Assembly: GCA_905178155.1 (NCBI GenBank)
Contig: CAJINV010000003.1
Span: forward strand, 121,282 to 185,281
DNA: 64,000 bases
DNA from: Amoebophrya sp. A120
Lineage: Eukaryota; Protista; Dinoflagellata
Reading direction: 5' to 3'
Shown piece after piece: positions 23,368 to 36,700 of the stretch (the first letter of the stretch is position 1; every line of letters begins with the position of its first letter). Position numbers and translations under genes: made by a program. Under the pieces are notes generated by a model. The model worked only from the letters and a program-made list of their open reading frames with translations. It had not been told where the DNA came from and made no database searches.

Positions 23368-26300
23368 ATGCTGAAGACCGTCGGAGGTTTCTTCCTGCTG
23401 CTTGCCGACCAGAGCTCGGAGACCGCGGCCTTGCGCATGCCGATACGACAAAAAAGCATTAGCGTTAGCGTTTTGACATTTGCTGGCGAAAGCCAAACTT
23501 TTTCTAATTCTATTTCTAGCTAGTGAGGTAGCTGTGTTCCGTTCAGACAGATTCGCGCTAACTGGAAGCAGTGGAAGCAGTCTCTTCGGCCGCGGAGCGG
23601 ATCGGAGACGATACCGCCAAAGATGTGGGCGACGGCTCGGCCGCGCACATGTCTGGGGCTTCAGGGACTTCCGGCTACGCGACCTCCTGACCATGCGGGG
23701 GGCTGGCAAACCGTCGCTCTTGGAGTGCCTGAAGACTCGTTTTTGGCTTGCGGCGTTTGAGCCCGAGCAAGATGATCAAGCTGCCCAAAGTCTGGCATTA
23801 GCGTTTCTGTCCTCGGAGGTCATTTCGACCCCCTGAGCAGAGGCGAATTTGAATGGTCCACAAAAAAAACGCTAATACCAAACTTTTTTTTCCAGCTACA
23901 GGTCGTGCCAAAGTTTGGCATTAGCGTTTTTTCCTGGTACTCGAAAAAACGCTAATGCTAAATTTGTTTTTCCAGCATTAGGTGGTGCCAAAGTCTGGCA
24001 TTAGCCTTTATTCCGGGCGCCCAAAAAAAGTGCGGCTTTTGTGCGGTTCGGAAAAAAACGCTAATGGCGGGGTTTGGCACGACCTAACGCTGAAAAAATA
24101 TTTTTGGCATTAGCGTTTTTTTGGGTGGCTGTAAAAAACGCTAATGACAGACTTTGACACGAACTATAGCTGGAAAAAAAATTTCACCATTAGCGTTTTT
24201 TCTGTTGACCACACAAATTTGCATCAGCTGGCCATCAAATCTGTAGATTTTTGATGGCTCGGCCACGAAACGCCAGTAGACACCCAAAAGAAATGCAAAC
24301 CCGCACTACAATCTGCCCCGAACCTGGTCAAATCAGGCAAAAGCCCGGCGACGATGGTGGCAGCCCGATGGCGGGTGGATTTCATCCAGAACGCTTGGGC
24401 ACTGAAGTACGGACCAACGGCGGAGAGGATCTGCAACAAAATGCCGGAGGATACGAAGGGGCGCCGGCTTCCTGTTGCACCGGAGGAGAAGGATACACAC
24501 TTAGCTGACGGATGTTCGTCTGAGCGTGAACTTGCTAACTTAACATGCAAAATCAAAAAAAAAATTCGCTTGTTTGAAAAAATTCGAAAACGCTAACGCT
24601 AATGCTTTTTTGTTCGATGAGGTTTCTTCCTGCTGCTTTCCGAGCAGAGCGCGGAGACCGCTGCCTTGCGCATGCCGATACGACAATGCACAACTCCTCC
24701 CCCTCCCCCTCATTCTATTTTCCATGCCACATGCCTCTTTGTTATTGTTTTATTTCCGGAAAGAACAACCAAAACAGCACTTGCACTTCTAGAATCGGAG
24801 GTCGCCAATAATTTCTAGTGCATATTATTATTAAAGCTGCAGAGAATAATTTATTGCCAGAGCTTGTGATGTTCTTGCTGTGGATGTTCTTGCCATTGAA
24901 ATTTTTAAGGGGAGGAGGAGGTATGTACTCTCATATCCGAACGGCTTCGCCCGCCCGGCCCAGCCGAACGAGTCGAAGTTTCTGCAGGTGCAACACCAGG
25001 TAGATATGGTGCTTGTTTAGGAAAATTGTTTATTTTCAAATGACTCTTACTGTCGCCGCACTACAAAAAGAAAAATTAAAATGATGAACACCCCCACCCC
25101 TGAATGCAAAGTCTGAAATACTTAGTACTTTTGAAATTATGGGTTCTTGGAATTTTTGCGTCAACGTCAAGAAAGAAAGTAGTGCCCACTTGCTTTTGAG
25201 TTAACAGAACGACTGGAAGTTTCTGCAGGTGCATCATCACCCGGTCGTGGCGGAGGAGAACAAGCAGGACGCAGCCAGGGAGAACACCGAGGAAGTGGAA
25301 GACTGCTGCGAGGGCGACCAGGCGGTCCCGTCGATCGACGACTTGCCCGAGGACCCCGAGTCGACCCCTGCGCAAGGAGGTGGAGGTCGCAGCAGACGTT
25401 TCCTGGCGTCGAGCAGCGCCGGCTCGGCGGCTCGCAGCGGTGGTGCTACGGCTCGCAGCGGTGCTACGGCTCGCGGCGGCGCTACGGCCGCCTCCGCGAC
25501 CGCGACCGCTAAGGCGGGTGGGACCACAACTCCGACCGGCACGGTTCCTCCACCTCCGGCTGGGGCGACAACTCCGGCTACGGCTCGCGGCGGTGGGACC
25601 ACAACTCCGACCGGCACGGTTCCTCCACGTCCGGCTGGGACGACGAGCGCCGCGGCGCCTCCGGGCAGCAGCAGCTCCACCCCGCCCACGCCCACGACCG
25701 CACCAGCTGCATCTACTCCGGTCAGCGTTGCCTCTACTCCGACGAGCGCGGCGGGGGCGAAGGGAGGACCGCAGGACCCCGTCAAAGTGGTTTCGCCAGA
25801 GGACAAGGTGGGCGCCGAAGACGAAGAAGAAGAAGACGAACAACCGCCCTGCTGCGGTGGAGAAGCTGAGCAAGACGAGGATGACGAGAAGGCTTCCTCG
25901 GGTGGTGCTGAGCCTGAAGAACCCCTGAAACAACCGGGCGGCTCCGGAGGAGGTGGACTGTCGGCGCCGGGCACTCCTGTCACGCTTCCCGACGGTGCGG
26001 AGGGGCGGACATCAACCCTCCCTTCGATCCCGGGTCCCACGACGTCTGAAGATACCGCTTCTCCTGCGAAGACGACACCTCCGACACCGACGTCCGAACA
26101 AGAGGGCCCGTCCGCTGGCACGACGAAACTGGTGCACATGCACGGACACGTGGACGGGTACGTGCCCGGGGGGGAGGTGCACGGGCACGTGAGCGGGAAC
26201 ATGGAGGTGCAGGGGAAGGTGCCCTCCGGGAGGCTTGCGGTGCACGGGTTCATGCACGTCCCACCCGAAAAATCACGGGACGATGAACACCAACCCGCTG

Positions 26301-29300
26301 GGTATGCAAGAAAAAAGTACATACAGCCACGACAGCGACACCAGACTCATCAATTTGTAGTACTGCGTTCTTTCTAGTTGTACTATGCTAAAGGTAGTCT
26401 ACCTAGTACAACTCAAGCTTTTGTAAGGCCCCTGTAAGTAGTGCCCTAAGCTCACAGACTGCTTTAGGTAAGTAGGAGGGACGAGAGGGACGGAAGAACA
26501 AATATCCGCAGCTCTTGCACGACCAATGCGTGGTTTGTAGTCTAGTAATCATGTAGTGTGCTGTATGTGATTTCGCAGATCTAAGAAACAGCCTTTAATT
26601 ATTTTCTACTTCTGTCGCCCAAGTAGATCTACTAGTTCTAGATACCGCAGACTGTTGTGAAAATCGATGCGGATGACTTCTGTAGGTGTAAATGTTGATC
26701 CAAGCAACGAAATAAACGACAACTAGTGTTGCTCCTGGAGTACAAAAACGTACACATTGATTTGATCAAGACGAGGCATACTTTATTTCGCCGGTTGAAT
26801 ACAACTAGATAGAAATCGATGATCGTCCAACGGCATAAATAATAGAGTTCGCAGGACTTCTTCTGCTGGAGTGGAACAAGTACTTTTTTTTGTATTATAC
26901 TGGCCAGCACGTCGCCGAGGAAGAAGAAGTGGTGGCTCGACCTTCTGCTCCCGCGACGCCGACGCATGGGCAGGATGTTGTTGTTGACGATGCGGGATCC
27001 ACCGTGCCCGAGCCCGAGCCCGAGGTGGAAGAACACGTGCTGGAGGCGGCTCCTTCTGGGTCCGCGACGCCTCCGACGCGTGATGACGATGATCTGGAAT
27101 CGAGGTCCAGTCACCACGGCGAGGTGGTGGAGGAACAACCTCCAGCTCCGGAAGAAGAGGGGACTCCTTCCGCGACTTTCCCGACGCGTGATGACGAGGA
27201 TCTGGAATCGACGTCCAGTCACCACGGCGAGGGAGAAGAACAACTTCCAGCTCCGGAACATCACGCAGTGGTCACGGAACATGGTTCGAACCTCGACTTT
27301 CTGCCGCCTCCTGACACAACTGTGGTGTCGGAGGATGCGAAATTTCCCGATCTTGGTCGCGAGCGCGAGGACGACCAGGCTATGCATTCGAAAAATGTCT
27401 GGGTCTGGAAGGATGCACGTTGTCATCCTGAGTCTGGATAGTACAAAAATTTCTGTTGCATGATTACCAAGAGGTGTCCACAGTTGAACAAGTTTAGCGG
27501 CAGTTTATCATGCAGGATAGACATGATAGAGACAGACTTCGCAGATGAAGCTGTTTTTATGCTAGGCCCTGCATTGCAGACCTCACGCGGCATGGAAAAT
27601 ATGCATGACAAGTTTGCATTCTTCCAGACGTCCAGGGATATTTGCATTTGATACAGGCCAGCACCACGGCTGCGTCCGAGGCTCCTTCGGAGTATGCTGC
27701 AAGTGAGCAGGAGGAGGGCGCTGCATCCGAGGTCGGCGAAGCCGCGCGGGAATTGGAGGAAGCTGAGGCCTATGCACTGCAAAAGTGTCTGGGTCTGGAA
27801 GGTTGGAATTTGTGATGCTGTCTGTGGATTCTAAAGAAATCTGTATTGCATGACCAGCCAGAGGAGCCCAGTTTGTGCTACGCGGGGAGGGCATTTCTCA
27901 TGCGGAATAGGCATCAGGAAGCCCTGTAAGAATCTGTGATGCTAGGTCATGCATTACAGACGTCATGTGTCATGCAAAATATGCATAACAAACCTGGCAA
28001 CCTTCCAGACCCAGACACTTTTACATTTGATAAGGCCGCCGAGCAAGCGGCCAAGAAGCAGGACGAAGTGGCGGACAAAGCGCTCGAGGAAGCGCAGCAG
28101 GCCGCGCACGACCATCGCGACACTCTATCAAATATAGAAAAATGATTCTCGTCTCTCGTCCCCAGAAGCACTCAGAAACAAAACCCGAATTTGACGTGTG
28201 GCGCATAGATCATGTTTGTCTCACAGTGAAGACGAGGCGCAGGCAGTAGGTTGATGTAAGCCTCCTGAAATTTTGTCTGTAAAGAAATGGGAATGTTAGT
28301 GCGCTGTAGCTTTTTGGCATCTACTTATGTACATGACAGACAGCTGCCATGAAGAGTCCAATTATCGAGCATGAGAACTCGCCCGCAGAACAATCATTCC
28401 GCAGGCACCTGCTCAGCCATTGCGTTCTTGCAAGACAGAAACGGCGGTTCTATTTGTGGCCACATAGTAAGTAGTTCTTGTACAACTAGCATGACACCAG
28501 CTTTCCGTATTGACTACCATACGGGGACGACCGAGGAGGGATTCATTTTCCAGCATGATAAACGCCCCCAGAGGTTGTTACGGCTCTGGACCAGGCCGTA
28601 AAGGCGGAAGAACGGGCGGACGACGCCGAGTCGGTGGCCGCCGAGGAGCAGCGCAAACTCGCGGAGGAGGCCGCGAAGTTTGAGCACTCTGCGACACCCG
28701 AACAGCTCGCCGAGCTGGAGCGAGCTGTCAGCCTCGTAGCGGAAACGGAGAAGGAGGCTGGTGACGCGCAGAAGAAGCTGGGAGAAGAAGTGGATGACGT
28801 GACCAAAGCGGAAGAGGACCTGAAAAATGCGGAAGATGCAGCCACGGAAGCTGCTCTATCAAATGCAAATATCTTCGATCTGGGTCTGGAAGAATAGAAA
28901 GCGATGAAATTTGGATGCATCCTGTGGTGCTGATGCACACAAAAATCTGTGTTGCATGACATGATTGCCAAGCGTAGTTGCCCAATTCATTGTGGTGAAG
29001 GTGAGAAGGAGTTTCCCATGCAGAACAGGCATGACCCCCTCACAGAAGAACAATCTGCGAACAACTACATGCTAGGATCTCCATTCCGGACCTTAATATG
29101 GGGCATGAATATCATAATGAACCTGTCGATGACTACAAACCTTGCAAGGCTCCTCCAGATGACCCAGATCGATACTTGCAGTTGATAAGTTTCGGACACC
29201 GCATCGGAGATGACGGGTGAGCCGGAGGCGGAGACTGAACCGGAGGTGCGCCAGCACGCGATCGAAGAAGTGGAACACGCGGAACAACACCTCGCGGAGG

Positions 29301-31190
29301 AAAGAGAGGAGGAGAAGGAAGCCGCGCGAGAAGCCGAGGAGAAGGAAGCCGAGGCGAGGGCAGCCGCAGCGGCGGTCGAAGAACTGGTGCCTGCGACGAT
29401 TCACGAACAAACGGAAAAAACGGTGGCGGCCGCTGCCGAGGCCAAGCGGATGCGGGACGCGGCGCACGCGGCTCTGGAGCAGGCCGAGCGTGACGTCCAC
29501 GACAATTATCCCAACGTGCCTTCGGAAGTGGTTGAAAAAGTGGAGAAGGCGCTTTCGGAAGAAGAAGCCACGCGGAACTTGCAAAAGGCCGCGATCGAGT
29601 ACGCCAAGGTGGCCAACCAGGGTCGCAACGCCATGACGTCGGTGGGTGTCCAGACGGAGCAGCACCCGCAGCAGCCCGAGGAGGAGCCCACGCACGAAGA
29701 GCCCGCTGTTGTGGTTCCGACGAAGCACACCGAGGTGGAGGTGATGCACGCGGTTGTGAAGGATATCCAAGAGAAAAAGACAGAAGGCATTGTAAAATGC
29801 AATAAAAGTATTAAACCGAAACTTCTATGAGTTAAAATCAAGTGTCTAAAACTATGACTAACTGTAACTCTACCACAAGATGGTGCTGGCGGTTGGCAAT
29901 TTTTTAAAAAATTTTCTGCATTGCAAATATGTCGTACTAGTTCTGTCTTTTTCTGTGGGATAGAAGAGGCCGTGCATGAACTCCACTATGCGAAGAAAGT
30001 TCAACACCAGGCCCAAGCCGAACTCAAGGAGGCGGAAGAGGAGCAGGCGGCGGCCGCAGACCATGTCGCCGAGGCGGAGGAAAAGCACGATGCTGCCGAA
30101 GCTGAAGTCGCCGCTGCGGTTGAAGAGGAGGCTGAGGCCGAAGACCTTGCCTCCGAAGCGGCGGAAAAGCAGGATGCGGCCGAAGCTGAAGTCGCCGCTG
30201 CGGAGGAAGAACAGGCTGAGGCCGAAAGTGAAGCCGACAAGGCGGGGGACGAGCACGCAACGGCCGCGGCGGCCGCGGCGACCGTGGCTGCGGCCGAAAA
30301 CCGTGTCGCTGACGCGACGACGGAGCACGCTGCGGCCGACGGCCTCGTCGCTGCGGCGGCAGAGGAGCACGCTGCGGCTGTGAAAAAGCACGATGCGGCC
30401 GCAGCCGAACTCGCCACTGCGGAGGAAGACAAGAAGGAGGCCGAAGCGGAAGTCGCCAAGGCGGGGGAAGACCAGGCAACTGCCAACATATTCCAATGAA
30501 AAGTGTTCATCTTTCGTTTCCACCCCGGACGTAAGTAGAAATTATTGCAGATGAAATTTATGATGCATAACGTTTTCAAATGAAAATCTGTTTGTCCTCT
30601 AGCGTCATCATGAAATAAAGAGACCACGTAATAAATGAGTGGTCTTGTAGTTTCTGATACAGAACTACTCCTAGCGTTGTGAGCAAGGTTGTACTATGTC
30701 ATAGTATAATCTTGCTCACGACGCTAGGAGTTTTTTTACATAACAGGTCAGGTGGCTGTTCGTGGGCTACAGCTCGTCTCGATGTACAACGCGAGAAACT
30801 CTACCTGTATTCAGCATTAAGAATCATTATTGAAACATGCAATATTAGGTGGGGAATGTCAATGTTTCCATTGCATGGGAACAACTACGCTTTGCAATAC
30901 AAATGCTGCCAAGTAGTAGTTTTGGGGTCCTCGTGGGCGGGGCACTTTTCATTGTAATACAAGGCGGCCGTGGCGGTGGCCGAAAACCATGTCGCTGAGG
31001 CGAAGGAACAGAAGGATTCAGTAATCCGCTCTATTGTCTGTTCCATTGTTGTTTGCGGGAACGTGCGGAACATGAACGTGCACAACTACGGAGGGAACAT
31101 TGCACCATAAAGGCGGAAAACAAGCGAACGTGGCGCGTCGAGTTGGTGAAAGGGTGGACAATTTTCTTGAAGAGGTCGACGACAACATGA
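23368..31190 (+). CDS. Ala/Glu/Pro/Thr-rich repetitive, possibly secreted protein, paralog A
   Basis: MLKTVGGFFLLL...KFLQVQHQ N-terminus; exons at 25229, ~26909, 27659, 28038, 28566, ~29190, ~29965, 30960 joined by removing introners or GT-AG introns. Last exon approximate. Confidence 0.72.
23452..24618. mobile_element. ~1.17-kb insert with TIRs flanked by 68-bp direct duplication
   Basis: DR 23384-23451 and 24619-24686; ends aaaagcattagcgttagcgtttt / aaaacgctaacgctaatgctttt; many internal ggcattagcgtttt motifs in both orientations. Confidence 0.88.
24679..24935. mobile_element. Introner family C
   Basis: tacgacaatgcacaactcctcccc...ggaggaggaggtatgtactctcata; DR gccga/tccga; removal gives RMP|NGFAR. 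Confidence 0.82.
27381..27653. mobile_element. Introner family A
   Basis: DR caggc/caggc; removal gives DDQA|STTAA. Confidence 0.9.
27771..28032. mobile_element. Introner family A
   Basis: DR aggcc/aggcc; removal gives EEAEA|AEQAA. Confidence 0.9.
28126..28560. mobile_element. Older B-like introner, shared with 36950-37368
   Basis: tatc...gata ends; degenerate DR cactc/aacgc; removal gives DT|PPEVVTALD, matching the intron-free repeat GTPLQVREDLD. Confidence 0.8.
28857..29187. mobile_element. Degenerate family A introner
   Basis: tatcaaatgcaaatatcttcgatctgggtctggaag...gacccagatcgatacttgcagttgata; DR eroded; removal of element plus 5 nt restores frame. Confidence 0.75.
30489..30959. mobile_element. 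Introner family E
   Basis: tattccaatgaaaagtg...cacttttcattgtaata; DR caaca/caagg; removal gives ATA|KAAVAV, matching paralog AMAKAAVA. Confidence 0.82.
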
Positions 31191-32286
31191 TTTTATCGCA
31201 GACAAAAGCTGTAGCTGTTTCACTGTCGCAGTGGTTGTGCATGAAACATCGCATGGCATGATGTCCGTAAGGGTAAAACAAAGACTAGCCCGAGAAGGTG
31301 GAGGAGCACTCAGGAGTTGGAGTTTGAAGACCTTGCTCACTGATAATGTATGATGATGATGATCACGATAAATTTCGACTCGTGGTGAGTCCACCGGGCA
31401 AACCTTAGGTGGAGAGGACGACACGGGCAAAACTTAGGTGCCCTTTCTTGCATCTCTAGCAGAGAAGTAAGTGCAAGTGCATACTCCGCATCACAAGTTC
31501 GCAGCAAAACAGTTTTGCCTTGCGATACGACCAAGGCGGCCACACCGCAGTGAAGAGAAGAGGCGAGATCATGCAGCTACAACAAAATGCGTAGAACCAC
31601 AAGTCGCCTTTTTTGTTTTTCATTTTAAACTTTTTACTGGGAAAGCTGACGAGCGAGCATAATTCAATTTAGTTGAAGATTTTATTTCCGAATCTTGCGC
31701 GTGATCTTTTTGTTTTTTTTCTTTTTGACTTTCTATGTATAATAAAAGAGGCAGCAAGTTGAAGTTGCTGCTATACGTTTTTGATTGCAGGATTGCACAC
31801 TAAAAAACTCATGTCATCAAAGCGGTAGAGAAGATGACAGCAATGTGGTGCTGCCATGATCTTCGACGTTCGCTAACTATTAGAGTTCTGCACTGACACA
31901 AAAACAAAATCGAGGTCGAAGACGCCGTGTATTTCTAAAAAACAAGACAGCTTGAATTTTTTTAATACACATCAGAGACCGCGCGTATTCTATTGGCTGT
32001 ACTTTATTTTTGTCGAATTAGTGAAGTTTTTTTTTTGAAAAGGATCAGCGGAGCGCCCAATTTTTCTTGCTTCACTGAAGGAGCAGGAACGCGATAATGC
32101 CGTAAGTTGGTCGATAATTTATCCGAAGCATACTAGTTGTACATGATTAAGATTATAGAGGATGTGGTAAGTTTTCCTTTTCATCCGTGCAGCTGCCTAC
32201 TATCCATCGCGTTAATCTTCGTTCTAGCCAGCCACTTTCGAACCGGATGGAAACGAAATAAATGCCGTGCTGGCCCGGGAGGGACT

Positions 32287-32325
32287 AATAAATCACCAGG
32301 TCGAGACTCGACCTGGTGATTTATT
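32287..32325. repeat. Perfect palindrome (19-bp arms, 1-nt spacer) at the duplication junction
   Basis: aataaatcaccaggtcgag-a-ctcgacctggtgatttatt. Confidence 0.92.
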
Positions 32326-33739
32326 CCCTCCTCGGAGGTGGATGGATAGATTGATTACAAGTTGACTCCCTCCTCGTCGAGATGTTTCTGAGGACATGCA
32401 CACCTCCCTCGAGGACGTTTTCCGGTCGTAAGTCCCTCCTACCGGCCTACGGCCGCTTTTGTGACGGTAAGTGTAAAAAAAAAGAATATCGGTTGAAGAA
32501 CTGGGAGCCCGGTCTAGTCGCACAAGCGAGCAGCGCTCTTCTCGGTAGTTTCTCGTCTTTATTTCGTTCATCAAAAGATAGAAAACCGCACTGTTTTGAA
32601 AGGCTAGAAGAAAGGTCGGTATTTCCAAAAGTAGGCGGTTTGCTGCAATGAGATGCGTCGGTAGAAGATGATGTTGAGCATCGTTCTGGAATATTTTTAA
32701 AACTAAGTCCGACAAAGAAAAATCGGCCATTTCATCGTGCAGGAGATATTAAAAGAAACTGATTCGTACGAAGGAATGCGAAAAATCGTTCTGGTCAGGA
32801 CGGTCGGTTTGCGGTTCGTGAAAGGTACTATACGAAAACACATCGGACTTATTTTGCAGCATTATGGATGCGCACAGAGCATCGTTCTGTTTATTGATGA
32901 TGATGGAGATATGAATCGTGCAAAATAAAGTAGTTAAGGACCTCAACGCGAAAGTCCTTTCACTTCTGCTTCGAATCCAAGGAAAACACTAAGTAAGCCA
33001 CGACAAATAATTACCGTACGCGATAGAGCTGGTAAGTTTATTCCTAGGCGTCACGCTGAAAGTTTTTGAACATAACCGCCTCCGGCCTCTTCGTAAAACT
33101 CCAGGTTGACGCACACGAATTCGAGTGCTGTTTGTGGATCCTTCCCAATCGGCTTCTTCGCGTTATTGTGCACAACGAAATAAGTAAACATCTTCAAATT
33201 CGCTCCGTACGCTCCCCCTTTAAAAAGTTAGTAGCATTTAATTTTACTTCTGTACTTACTATAGTCTTTGGAAGGCAAGAGCAACTTGTTGGTTTCGGCA
33301 ACATCAAGTATCTGCAGCAATACCTACGAGTGTTGAACAACGCTAATAAGTACTACCAGTTCTCCTTGAGCCTAACTTACTGAATTTTTCACTGACCACG
33401 ACCATCAAAACTACCGCGCCCATCAAGAACATTAAGTTACATTTCATAAACCGAACAACTTTACTACGAGCTGCATACAACTTGTAATATTTCGGCGTGA
33501 AGACGAAGAGGAGCCAGCAAGGGAAATATTACTTTCGGAAAGACCCCCCGACGCAGGAACCGCTTAAGTACCACGAGGTGGGCGGCTGCAAAGTAGTTCG
33601 AGTTTGACAAGTTCGGACCCGGGGAACAACGGGAAGAAGATCCATCTGCAAATAAAATACGAAAAGAAACTACTACACAACATCCTGGTTGTAATTCCTA
33701 GACGGAGCAGCAGGCGAGTAACATCAAAAAATCGCAGCC

Positions 33740-36700
33740 ATGCTGAAGAGCGTCGGGTTCTTCCTGCTGTTTTCCGGGCAGAGCTCGGAGAGCGCTGCCT
33801 TGCGCATGCCGAAGCGCGCTAAGCCGAACGACTCAAAGTTTCTGCAGGTCCAACACCAGTTGAACCCGGGGCCGAAAAAGAACGAGGACAAATCGGCCCT
33901 GTCGGACGAGGAGGAGGACCCCGAAGAAGGAGAAAACGAAGGTATCGCGAGGAAAAATTTCCCTCCCCATATTGACAAGGTATGGTTCCGAAAATTTGTG
34001 TTGCTGACTTGTGACCACAAATCGTGCCGGTCTTGCAAGAAGGCAACTCCACAGGCTCCGCCGCAATATGCGCAGACGTTTACTCATGCAAAGTGCCTAG
34101 GCCAATGCCGAAACCTCTCTAGTACTCAGGCTTGATATTTTCCTGCAGTCCTCTCCAGCAAGACAATAAGTCTGATTTGTGCTGTACTACGCAAACCCAG
34201 CGCCATAAACTCCGTTTTGATAGGGGGAGGGGGGATTTTTCGTTTTGATAGAACATCAAGGGCCAACATGCTGCGGTGAAGCGGACCACGACGACACCGA
34301 GGTTGCCATGCAGGTATCAAGTGCAAAAATGTCTGGGTCTGGAAGAATGCCAGACTTGTCATGCTCATTTTGAATGGCCAATGAGGTTTGGAATGCAGAT
34401 CCTAGCACAACAGAGGCGGTGAGCTCTCCACCATGCCTATCCTGCATCAGAAACTGCTTCGCAGCTTGGTCGAAAGTGGACAGCTTTTGGCCATCATGCA
34501 ACACAGATTTTTGGCATGATTCTTTTTCACCATGACAAGTTCCACTTGTCCAGACCCAGACACTTTTGCACTTGATAGCTGCAGGGGAGACAAAACAAAA
34601 AGCTCGGAGGTGGACCGGCGGCGACGGGCACTCCTGTCACGCTCCCCGGAAGTGTTGAGGGGCCTACATCTTCCTCCAACCTCGGTTCGATCCCGGGCCC
34701 CACGTCTGGTGGCACGACCACCAGAAAGGCGCAGGTGCACGGACACGTGGAAGGGAAGGTTCCCGGCGGCGAGGGGAAGGTGCAAGGTGAAGTGAGCGGG
34801 GAGGTGGAGGTGGAGGGAGATGTTCATGGGAAGGTGGAGGTGCATGGGTACGTCGAAGTACCAGCGGCCCCGATGGAACCTGCAAGTACGCATGCTTCAT
34901 CTGGTGCTCCTGCGACGCCGACGCCGACGTCGGATGACGATGATACGGGATCCGTGGCTGCTGGTCACGAGGAACAAGAAGCGCCGGCTCCCACAGCTCC
35001 TGCGACGCCGACGTCGAGTGACCATGATACGGGATCTGTAGCTGGTTCCGAGAAAGAAGAAGCGGCGGCAGCTCCTGCTGCTACGACGCCGACGTCGGGT
35101 GACGATGATGCGGGATCCGTGGTTGCTGGGCACGAGGAAGAAGAAGGTGCGGCGCCCACAGCTCCTGCGACGCCAACGGCGAGTGACCATGATACGGGAT
35201 CCGTGGCTGCTGGTCACGAGGAAGAAGAAATTGCGGCTCCCGCAGCTCCTGCGACGCCGACGGCGAGTGACCATGATACGGGATCCGTGGCTGCTGGTCA
35301 CGAGGAAGAAGAAATTGCGGCTCCCGCAGCTCCTGCGACGCCGACGGCGAGTGACCATGATACGGGATCCGTGGCTGCTGGTCACGAGGAAGAAGAAATT
35401 GCGGCTCCCGCAGCTCCTGCGACGCCGACGTCGATGTCGACGTCGGGTGACGATGATACGGGATCTGTAGCTGTTTCAGAGGGAGAAGAAATTACGGCTC
35501 CCAGCACAGCTCCTGCAACACCGACGTCGGGTGGCGATGCGGAATCTGTAGCTGGTCACGAGGAAGAAGAAGCGCCGGCTCCCACAGTTGTTCCTGCGAC
35601 GCCAACGTCGGGTGACGATGATACGGGATCTGTAGCTGGTTCCGACGAAAAGGCGGACGAAGCGCTCGAGGAAGCGCAGCAGGCCGCGCACGACCAGCCC
35701 GAAAGTCCTGTTGGTGCTGAGGAACAGGCCGCTGCAGCCGAGGTCGACGATGCTGCGCAGGAATTGGAGGAAGCCCAGGACGCCAAAAAAGCGGCCGAGG
35801 AGACGGACGCAGAGGCGGACAAAGCGCTCGAGGAAGCGCAGCAGGCCGCGCACGGCGATCCCGGAACTCCCCTGCAGGTTCGTGAGGACCTGGACGTGGC
35901 CGTGGAGGCGGAAGAACGCGCAGACGAGGCCCAGTCGGAGGCCGCCACGGAAGAGGGCAATCTCGCGGGAGAGGCGGCGGAGTTTGAGGACTCTGCGACA
36001 CCCGGACAGATCGCCAAGATTGAGGAAGCTGTGGATACCGTGGCGGAGACCCAGGCGGAGGCCGCTGTCGCGGAGGCGGAGCTGGAAAAAGAAACGCAGG
36101 ACGTGCTCGAAGCGGAACAGGCCGCCAAAGAGGCGGAAGATGCGGCCACGGAAGTTCTTGATCAGCATGCGGCGGAGACGGGTGAGCAGCCGGACGCTGA
36201 GGTTGAACCGGAGGTGGAACAAGCGATCGAAGAAGAGCAAGACGCGCGAAAACGCCTCGCAGAGGAAGAAGCGGAGGAGCAGAAAGCCGCGGAAAAAGCC
36301 GAAGACGCCGCTGCTGCGGCAACGGCGGCTGCAGCTGAGCTCGAAGAACTGGTGCCGGCCGAGATGCAGGAACAAGCGGAAGAAACGATAGCTGCCGCTG
36401 CCGAGGCCAAGGACGCGGAGACGGTAGCGGACGCGGCTCTGGAGCAGGCCGAGCGTGACGTCCACAACGATCCCGCCGTGCCTCAGGAAGTGGTTGAGAA
36501 AGTCGAGGAGGCGGCCGCGAAAGAAGGAGAAGCGGACGACAAACTGGAAGTTGCCAAGCAGAATTTGCTTGACAAGGCGGTCGAGTATGCCGAAGTGGCC
36601 GGGGAAGCTGGCGACGACGAGGGCGGCGACACGACTCCGTCCGCCAAGCTGGCAGACCCGGGATTCCTCGCGTCTGGTGCTGGTGACCAGGCCATTGACA

